Of a DNA stretch of 64,000 bases, positions 57,125 to 64,000 are shown in pieces. Position 1 is the first letter of the stretch, and each line of letters begins with the position of its first letter. The notes beneath the pieces are model-generated. The model was not told the origin of the DNA. It made no database searches and saw only the letters and a program-made list of their open reading frames with translations. Location: the IMG/VR virus record IMGVR_UViG_3300044825_002216; one strand, written 5' to 3'. This DNA is from an uncultured virus (IMG/VR IMGVR_UViG_3300044825_002216). Taxonomy: Duplodnaviria; Heunggongvirae; Uroviricota; Caudoviricetes. Both the position numbers and the translations under genes were made by a program.

Positions 57125-57844
57125 ATGCCGAAGACGCAGTACACCCGCGAGACGTACGACTTGCTTCTGGAGTTCTATCGACAGAACGGGGGCAAGTTCA
57201 CCGAGGCTTCCAGGGCTGCCGGGTGCAGCTTGAAGGTCGCGCGCAGTGCTTGGTCGACCGGGTGGAGGGGCCTGGTGTGGGCCGAGCCGATCGAGCAGCG
57301 CCTTGTGCAGGAACAGGAGGCGGCGCGAGCGAAGCGCCTGACGCTCGAACGCGAGGAGTTGGAGCGTCAGGAGATGGTTCGGCGTCAGGCGCGGGAGGAC
57401 GCGATCGAGGCGCGGACGAAGGAGGCGCAGATGGCGAAGCTGTCGCGTGGCAACGCGACGTTGTTCGCAGCGCACACCCTTCGGATGCTCAAGTCGCTCA
57501 ACATGGTGGTGCAGGAGTTCGACCGTCGGGTGTCCGACGTGTCGATTCTCCAGGCGATGTCGAGCCAAGAGCTGCGTAAGTGGGTGGACACGGTGACGGG
57601 GAGCACGAAGGACGCCGCCCAGATCGTCCGCATGGCGCTGGAGATCGAGCGCATCGTGACCGGCCAGCCGATCGCCCTGCTCGGGTTGCAGGTTTCCGAG
57701 ATGACCCCGGTGCAGTTGATGGGCGAGCTGGAGCGGATTCAGGGAACGCTCGCCAAGTACAACGCCCTGCCGGGTCAGAGAGAGATCGAGGACGCCGAGT
57801 ACGAGGCCATCCCGGCTTCGGGGTCGAGCATCGTCTCGTCCTGA
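57125..57844 (+). CDS. terminase small subunit-like HTH and coiled-coil protein (divergent from TerL)
   Basis: N-terminal HTH FTEASRAAGCS..., long helical core, LEIERIVTGQP; GAGGAG SD. Confidence 0.6.
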   Translation: MPKTQYTRETYDLLLEFYRQNGGKFTEASRAAGCSLKVARSAWSTGWRGLVWAEPIEQRLVQEQEAARAKRLTLEREELERQEMVRRQAREDAIEARTKEAQMAKLSRGNATLFAAHTLRMLKSLNMVVQEFDRRVSDVSILQAMSSQELRKWVDTVTGSTKDAAQIVRMALEIERIVTGQPIALLGLQVSEMTPVQLMGELERIQGTLAKYNALPGQREIEDAEYEAIPASGSSIVSS

Positions 57845-57869
57845 CACTCCCGCCAAACGGTTTCTAACA

Positions 57870-57918
57870 GGACACTCCCCGGAAACTGCACCTACACGTT
57901 TCCGGGGAGTGTCCGTTT
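57870..57918. terminator. 17-bp hairpin, probable terminator or processing site
   Basis: GGACACTCCCCGGAAAC/GTTTCCGGGGAGTGTCC; weak U tail. Confidence 0.5.
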
Positions 57919-57931
57919 AGGAGGGCTACGC

Positions 57932-58180
57932 ATGTCTCAACAGTGGTTCCGCGCTCCTAACGACCGGGATGTTTTCTACGGCACCGTCTGCATGGCGTAC
58001 AAGCCACACGGCGGGGGGTGGGCCTACTTCACGTCTTTTGACGAAGGGCAGCCCACGGTTCCTAGGGAGGTTTTCGAGGCGATCGAACGGGCCGTGATGT
58101 CGTCCACGCGCAAGGCGAGCACCGGAGACCTCGCCGCACGAGCCAACGAACTGCTCGCCCTGACACGTTCAGTAGAATGA
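57932..58180 (+). CDS. hypothetical protein
   Basis: AGGAGG SD, 82 aa. Confidence 0.7.
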   Translation: MSQQWFRAPNDRDVFYGTVCMAYKPHGGGWAYFTSFDEGQPTVPREVFEAIERAVMSSTRKASTGDLAARANELLALTRSVE

Positions 58181-58391
58181 CGACGCCAGAGTGTCGGCCC
58201 GAGGATCGGCGGCACTTCGTGCTAGTAAAGTAGACGTTGAGCCCCACCGTAGTGCAGTCGCACCGGGTGGCAGGAGCCAGTTTCAGACCCCCCGCACGGT
58301 CTCCAGACCGCGTGTTGGGGGGCCGAAGGTTTCTGGAACGCCGAATTTTTATGGTTGGGTACCTCCCCATCGGACCCTGCTCATGCGTTCA

Positions 58392-58405
58392 GGGGGGTAC
58401 CCCCC
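58392..58405. other. perfect palindrome GGGGGGTACCCCCC, candidate packaging or terminus site
   Basis: Seen directly; in the non-coding region next to the terminase genes. Confidence 0.35.
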
Positions 58406-59777
58406 GGCTTCACTCTGGCACGCCCGCTGCTTAGCCCCCCCTCTGAAACAATGCGGTATTCAGAGTCACCTGGCTTTTCGCAGGCGAATCGAGCGTGCCC
58501 GCGCAGGGCACGTTTGGGGCAGGGTTGAGGTAGAGGGTAGTCACGCCGGGTGCTGCCACTGGCGAGGCGATTAGGTGCCTTGGCGGGGGTGTCGGGCCGG
58601 GGGTCTGTCAGAGCTGTTTCCCCAAGGTGTCCGGGCAGACTGAACGCATGCCCAGTGGTACGAAAGAGAAGACTGGCACGGCTCTTGAATTACCAGGGCC
58701 TACTGAACGGGCGTGCATGTGTGGAACAAAAGAGAAGGCAAGAGCACTTTTCCCCTGACACCCGGCGAGAGACGCTCTAGGTTGACCTTGCCCCGGTGAA
58801 AAGGGGCAGACGAAGGGCGACCCCGAAAGGCCGGGGGCGCTCCCCACGGGACTCTCAACACAGACCTTCCCCCTCACAGGGGGGCACCCTCTGTGCGACA
58901 GACTCCCTCTAGGTCTCTGACACCCTAGGCGACTCCCTCTCTCCCCTTGCGAGAGCTCCCCCCTGGTACCGCCTACACACGGCGCGTTACGCCAGTGTGC
59001 GGGTGCCCTGCCCTACCTACGGGCGTAACGCGCGAAGGGTCTTGAGAGGGGGAATGGGTCGCCTAGGGTGCGTCGGAGAACACTGACAACGTGAATCGTG
59101 CGAGTCTGAACGCATGGGAGCTCAACCCTCCCGCGTACAGTCTCCAGTGTCCTACGACACACAATCCCTTGCATCCTACCTAGGGTGCGAGTCTCCCCCC
59201 CGTGTCCGCGGGTTGGCCTATCGGCCCCCCATACGAACGAAGGGAGAGAAGGGACGGGGCAAGAGCTTTGAGCTTGTACCCCGGCCCGGAACGGACTCGG
59301 CGCCACAACGCCCGTAGGACAGTCACTTGCGATCCTTGCGACCGGCATAGTGCCCGCGAGAGAGTCGGAACCACCCGCAAGCTCATAGAGAGCTACACGG
59401 GCCGTCTCTCCGCGTGCATTCCCTACGGAATAGGACGCAAGGCCCTTACCCCCCACCCTTGCCGGACAAACTACCGCCGGGTGTCGGGGCAGAGCTTAGG
59501 GCGACTCGCACGACGACTCGAACCATGGAGAATGCACTCGGTACCCGCGGCAACACCGCGGGGCACACACCCCACACGGTACCATCCGACCGACAATCGG
59601 ATCACCGTAGGGTCCGCCGTTGCGACCACGGGGCAGTCAATGCCATCCGTGTCCCAAACCAGAGTCAATGCCCGCTCCCCTCCCCACGGAGGGGAGTAGA
59701 CACCGCCGCATGACCCGCAACGTCGTGCGCCGATGCCTACTCCCATACCGAAACCGTACAAAAGAGAACCAACCGCC

Positions 59778-60263
59778 ATGATCACTAACGAAACGACCAC
59801 GTTTCTCACCGCACTCGCCACGCTCAACACCCCCGGCGCAACCCTATTCGCCGGGGGCGCACACTGGTACGCCACCGTGCCCGATGGTGACGGCGACCGT
59901 AAGGCAATCATCGCGACCCGACGGTTGCCGTCGGGCCACACGATCGCCGCCGTAACCGTCGAACCCGCCGCGGGGAGAGAGTCCAATCTCTCCCGCGCCC
60001 TTCACGCCGTCTGCGCCGTCTACAACGACGGCGTGATTCCCTTCGAGTTCGTTGCGGCACTCTCCGAGCTCGCCGCCGAAACCGGGTTCTATATCGACGC
60101 GGACCCTAACTCAGACGTCTGCGCCGTCAGTGTCACTGACGCCGACGAAACCATCGTCGCGGGGGTGCGTCTCAACCGCACGACCGGCGAAGTCTTCGCC
60201 GCGTGCGACGTACCCGAACTCGCGGCCGCAGTCGCGGCCATCGAAGCTCAATTCCGACGGTAA
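59778..60263 (+). CDS. hypothetical early protein
   Basis: ATG after the AAAGAGAA motif; C-ending codon bias. Confidence 0.75.
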   Translation: MITNETTTFLTALATLNTPGATLFAGGAHWYATVPDGDGDRKAIIATRRLPSGHTIAAVTVEPAAGRESNLSRALHAVCAVYNDGVIPFEFVAALSELAAETGFYIDADPNSDVCAVSVTDADETIVAGVRLNRTTGEVFAACDVPELAAAVAAIEAQFRR

Positions 60264-60279
60264 GAAAGAGAACACCACC

Positions 60280-60534
60280 ATGACGCACACCGAACGCGCA
60301 AAGCTCGCACTAGAAGTCTTGGCCCTTCATGGCGCCACGGTCACTCGCGACCACGGCGACTGGTACATCGAAGGCCCCCTAGACGCGGCGGGTGATCCCT
60401 TGTTCGCCGCCGTCTCGAACGGGCGCAACAACCGCGCCGCAGTAAGTACCCCCGCGGCGGGCCACGGTGCCCGCGAAGTCAACAACGCGCTCCGCGCGGT
60501 CTGTAACGCTCACAACGTGGGCCGCACCATCTAA
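60280..60534 (+). CDS. hypothetical early protein, paralog of the upstream gene's N-terminal domain
   Basis: Shared GAT..WY..P..GD..AAV..AAG..AL.AVC..N.G pattern. Confidence 0.7.
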   Translation: MTHTERAKLALEVLALHGATVTRDHGDWYIEGPLDAAGDPLFAAVSNGRNNRAAVSTPAAGHGAREVNNALRAVCNAHNVGRTI

Positions 60535-60564
60535 CCCGCCAAACCGTACAAAAGAGAAACAACC

Positions 60565-61128
60565 ATGATCCATCGAACCGACTGGCCCGACGACAACGAA
60601 CCCTACGAACCCGGCGACCCCCCCGACTATGACTGCCCGCCTAACCCCGTGGGGCCGGGGGATGACACCCCGAACCCTATGCCCGTCTACATGCCCGGTG
60701 CGGTACCCCCCGCGGGGGTGTTCGCCGTGGCGATCCTTGGTGGCGCCGTGGGCGCTGCCATCGTCGGGGGCGCAAAAGCGCTCTACGACCGTCACGCCCG
60801 CCGACGATGGCAGTCCCGCGACGTTGGGACTGCGCGGGTACACTGCATCTGCACTCCCGTCGACGGGTCGAGACTTCTCGGCCCGCTCGCCACCATCGAA
60901 ACGGTGGCGCTCGCCCGCGCCCGTACGTGGGCGCTCCGAATCGGCGCACCCGCGCCGAATAGCTACCTCATCACAACCCCGACCGTGACCGTCGCGGTCG
61001 CGCTCTCCCCCCACGGAGAATGGGCCATCACCGTCACGGAAACCCTCCGCACAAGTGACTCCGTGCGGCACGAGCTCGCGGAGTGCGTGGCACTGATCAC
61101 CGGGAGCTACCGCCGCATTCCCCGGTAG
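60565..61128 (+). CDS. membrane protein with Pro/Asp-rich N-terminus
   Basis: TM GVFAVAILGGAVGAAIVGG; motif upstream of ATG. Confidence 0.7.
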   Translation: MIHRTDWPDDNEPYEPGDPPDYDCPPNPVGPGDDTPNPMPVYMPGAVPPAGVFAVAILGGAVGAAIVGGAKALYDRHARRRWQSRDVGTARVHCICTPVDGSRLLGPLATIETVALARARTWALRIGAPAPNSYLITTPTVTVAVALSPHGEWAITVTETLRTSDSVRHELAECVALITGSYRRIPR

Positions 61129-61306
61129 CTCCCCGCTCCCGACCGAAGGGTGCCGAATGCCGCTCGGCACCCGGTCTGTCACCGCGCGCCCCCTAGTGCG
61201 CACGGGACACTTGACCCAACCGTACAAAAGAGAAACACTCGCCCCCCGGTCGCCTCGCCGGGGGGGCAGACCCCCCGCAACACCCCCAAACAAAGAAAGA
61301 GAAGCT

Positions 61307-61492
61307 ATGAAACTGACAGAAGCGCAGGCGGACGCGGCACGTGAGTACACCCTGGCCGCCAACGCGGCGGCGGACGCGCTCGAACGCGAGACGGGACCGG
61401 AGCTCTCCGCGGAGTGCGCGCGCCTATGCGACGCCGCTGACACGGCAATGGAGCGCCTCGCCGCGCTCTGCCCCGAACACTTCCCAGGTTAG
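61307..61492 (+). CDS. small hypothetical protein
   Basis: ATG after AAAGAGAAGCT. Confidence 0.6.
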   Translation: MKLTEAQADAAREYTLAANAAADALERETGPELSAECARLCDAADTAMERLAALCPEHFPG

Positions 61493-61613
61493 CGCTCCCC
61501 GCCCCCGACCGGGGCGGACGATTGCCCGTGGATTCCCCCGCGGGCAACCGTCTCTCCCGGTCACTCCCGACCGCGTAGAGAACCGACTCATCCGACAGAA
61601 AGAGTAAACCAAC

Positions 61614-62684
61614 ATGGGCAAGAATACCAGCATCGCAAAGAATCTCTCCAACGTCGCGGCCCCCAAGGGCCAGGGATCGAAAGCCGCCGCGGCGGTGAAG
61701 GCCGCCGCGGAGCTCGCCGTGCGAGAGGCGAAGCTCGAAAACCCCGTGCTCGCTCTCGTCGCGCCCCCGACGCCTGCCCCTACCCCGACCGTGGCCGTGG
61801 CCGCCGCGGCCATCGATCCTATGGACGCAATCGAGCTCGGCGAGACCGACGGCGAGGCAACGGGCGCGGAAGGCACCGTCACGGGGCAGGAAACGGGCAC
61901 CGCGACGGTCACGCCCACCCCTACCTTGCCCGCGGGTGCGGCCATTGGCCGCGAGGCTGCGCAGAAGTGGCTGCGCGCCAAGATTGCCGCGGATCCCGGC
62001 GGTCCCGGCGCTCCGTGGCGCCACGCGGGCAGTCTGAACATCACCCGCATGGGATTGGAGGCGCTCGCGCGCCTCGAACCTCGGTGCGACTCGGGCGAGC
62101 TTCACCGCAAGTATCTGGACGAACGCAATACCTTTTGGGGTATTGCGAACGGGGGCCGCTATCTCGCGGCCGATGGGACCGTCCACAAAGTCGGGCGCGC
62201 CTCGCGCACGTCGGATCGCCCCGCGTCGGGTGAGTCCGGGCAGGGTGACAGCACCCCGGCCGTCACCCGCACGCCCCGCGAGGCGCTCGCCGCCAAAGTC
62301 GAAGGGCTCCTGAAGCACATTCACGACTTGCGCGACTCGCTTGTAGATCACCGCACCGCGGGCGACGTAAAGGGCGCGCTCATGCACGTCGCAATGGAGC
62401 TCGGCGCCGTGCTCCCGAAGGTGTCCAATCTGCCCGAGGATTGGGGCCACAAGCCCCGCGAGGCTGCGCAGACGTTCACGTTCACGCCCGGTCAGTCCGT
62501 CGTAATCCCCGAAGGCAAGCTGCGGGAGCAGTGCGTCTCCGAAGGGCTCGTCGACGCGGAGGATGCCGCGGAGACGCTCACCATCAAGTCGGTGGTAAAC
62601 GACAAGGTAGCCGTCGTGACCACGGCGACGGGCGCTCGCGCCCGTGTGTTCACCCGCTTTCTTCGCCCCGCGGGTACGGCGTGA
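61614..62684 (+). CDS. hypothetical protein with low-complexity N-terminus
   Basis: 356 aa; strong codon bias. Confidence 0.75.
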   Translation: MGKNTSIAKNLSNVAAPKGQGSKAAAAVKAAAELAVREAKLENPVLALVAPPTPAPTPTVAVAAAAIDPMDAIELGETDGEATGAEGTVTGQETGTATVTPTPTLPAGAAIGREAAQKWLRAKIAADPGGPGAPWRHAGSLNITRMGLEALARLEPRCDSGELHRKYLDERNTFWGIANGGRYLAADGTVHKVGRASRTSDRPASGESGQGDSTPAVTRTPREALAAKVEGLLKHIHDLRDSLVDHRTAGDVKGALMHVAMELGAVLPKVSNLPEDWGHKPREAAQTFTFTPGQSVVIPEGKLREQCVSEGLVDAEDAAETLTIKSVVNDKVAVVTTATGARARVFTRFLRPAGTA

Positions 62685-62905
62685 GCCGTACTCGCGTGTA
62701 CTGCCGCCGTGTGCTGCTCGACCGCGACGGGTACGTTCGTCGCGGTCAGAGCTTACCTCGCGGCGCCTACTACGGGGTAGGCGCCCCCCTGTACCACTAC
62801 GTGCTGCTCGACGGTGAGCGCACGGGCACCGTGCGCGCGGATTCCCGCGCCGATGCGCTCGCCGAAGTCCGGCGGCGCTTTCCTCCCTCTCACAGTCGGG
62901 GATAA
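62681..62905 (+). CDS. conserved small phage protein
   Basis: RVLLDRDGY..GAYYGVGAPLY..RADSRADA pattern; GTGA coupling. Confidence 0.65.
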   Translation: MSRTRVYCRRVLLDRDGYVRRGQSLPRGAYYGVGAPLYHYVLLDGERTGTVRADSRADALAEVRRRFPPSHSRG

Positions 62906-63125
62906 CCCCGGCCGTACCCCCCACGCGGGGGGTTTACGAAGGCCCGTCGGGACACCCCGGCGAGCCCCCGTAAGCCCGACCGTAGGCGTCAATCTCGCGC
63001 CACGTACCGGACTCGAAACATCGGTACGCCACGGCTCCGCACAGCACCCCGAACCCTTCCGACAAGGGTACGCCGGGGTGCGCGCGCGCACCGATGGTGT
63101 GCCTTACCCCGACTGTAAGGAAGCT

Positions 63126-63350
63126 ATGGGTAAAGATATCACCCCCATCGAGCGCACCTACGCCCGCGCCCTAATCGCAGGGATGGGCTACCTGCCGAGC
63201 GGAGTCTCGGAGACTTCAATCAACGAAACGGCGCTGCTGCTTCGCAGTTACCGGATGCTCAATCCGAAGAGCATCGCCGCTCTCGCGATTCTGGACAGGA
63301 TCGCTGACTTGGCGTCGGGCAAGATTGCTCCCGAAGGGGGTGCGGCGTGA
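63126..63350 (+). CDS. hypothetical protein
   Basis: TAAGGA upstream of ATG 63126. Confidence 0.6.
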   Translation: MGKDITPIERTYARALIAGMGYLPSGVSETSINETALLLRSYRMLNPKSIAALAILDRIADLASGKIAPEGGAA

Positions 63351-63949
63351 GGCGCGGGAAGGTTCGCTCCCCGGTCGTGCGGCTTGTCCGTCTGGACACC
63401 GGAGAATCCTTCACCGTTGCCGCCGATATGCTCGTGCGGTGCGATGGCGAGTACATGGAAGCCGGGGCGCTTAGTGACCCGGAGCGCATGGTCCGCATTC
63501 CTGACGGCGCAAAAGCGGGGTTTCTCGCGGTACTCCAAACCGAGAAGCCGCTGCGAGACGCTCTCGGGCGCACAGACGGAACCCGGCCCGCCGTTCACTG
63601 GTTCGACGTGCGGGGTGCGCTCTCGATGCCCCGGACTCCCGAACGCGAGCGCACGGTGCCCGGAATCGGCGAGACACCGGCCACGGCCCCTGCTCCCCGC
63701 AAGGGTGCCCGCACGCGCGGCACGGTGAATCTCCAGCACGGTCCGGGGTGGACTGCGATTCGCTGGCCCGCCGACGCGGATCGCAAGCTGCGCGCGCTGG
63801 TGATCGCCTCGCTCCCTACCGAAGCCAACGTCGATAAGGATGGTGGCTTCGTTCGCTACGTCGCGTCGGCGCGGTCGCTCGTGCGCGCCGAGCTGTTGGC
63901 TGCACTAACCGACTGCGGTTTCGCAGTCACACAAGCGGACAAAGCATGA
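63347..63949 (+). CDS. hypothetical protein
   Basis: 200 aa, GTGA-coupled. Confidence 0.65.
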   Translation: MRRGKVRSPVVRLVRLDTGESFTVAADMLVRCDGEYMEAGALSDPERMVRIPDGAKAGFLAVLQTEKPLRDALGRTDGTRPAVHWFDVRGALSMPRTPERERTVPGIGETPATAPAPRKGARTRGTVNLQHGPGWTAIRWPADADRKLRALVIASLPTEANVDKDGGFVRYVASARSLVRAELLAALTDCGFAVTQADKA

Positions 63950-64000
63950 TGCACGATACTGATAGCCCCGGTCTCTACGGCATCGCTCGCCTTATCCGCA

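Larger units (their letters stand above)
59751..61234 (+). repeat. dispersed 17-nt motif AACCGTACAAAAGAGAA x3, plus variants
   Basis: Exact copies at 59752, 60542 and 61218; partial copies near 11204, 11956, 58658, 58725, 60260, 61291 and 61594. Confidence 0.85.

Noticed and set aside
58191..59713. Short ORFs across the terminal non-coding region
   Set aside because: No SD, no codon bias, mutually overlapping on both strands
58181..61613. CRISPR or mini-array formed by the 17-nt and 11-nt repeats
   Set aside because: Spacing is irregular (hundreds of bp), copies are separated by genes, and no cas genes are present

Overview
This window holds most of the genome of a GC-rich tailed dsDNA phage with a contractile tail (myovirus morphotype). 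No integrase or CRISPR array is visible. Layout: (1) A + strand replication/recombination module (1-13.8 kb) carries tRNA-His inside structured RNA, a UDG-fused family A DNA polymerase, UvsY-like and gp32-like SSB genes, an Mre11/Rad50 (SbcD/SbcC) pair, ParB-like, Hjc-type resolvase, Myb-like and HNH genes. It ends at a bidirectional terminator. (2) A long - strand late region (57.1 to 13.9 kb) runs terminase, portal, a cluster of very basic proteins, minor head, scaffold, major capsid, neck, sheath, tube, -1 frameshifted chaperones, tape measure, baseplate, fibres, Dam-like methylase and lysis genes. Two antisense HNH genes and one LAGLIDADG gene interrupt it. (3) A divergent TerS-like gene is followed by a ~1.5 kb non-coding region with a G6-TA-C6 palindrome and a G/C skew switch. 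(4) A + strand early-type region of small unknown genes carries a repeated AACCGTACAAAAGAGAA motif. The most notable unexplained signals are RNA-level: a ~330-nt multibranch RNA after the capsid gene that has its own promoter and buries the next start codon, a ~52-nt tRNA-like mini-element, a U-1:A73 tRNA-His, and a repeated leaderless -10/ATG architecture. All product calls come from motif recognition and synteny only; no database search was run.
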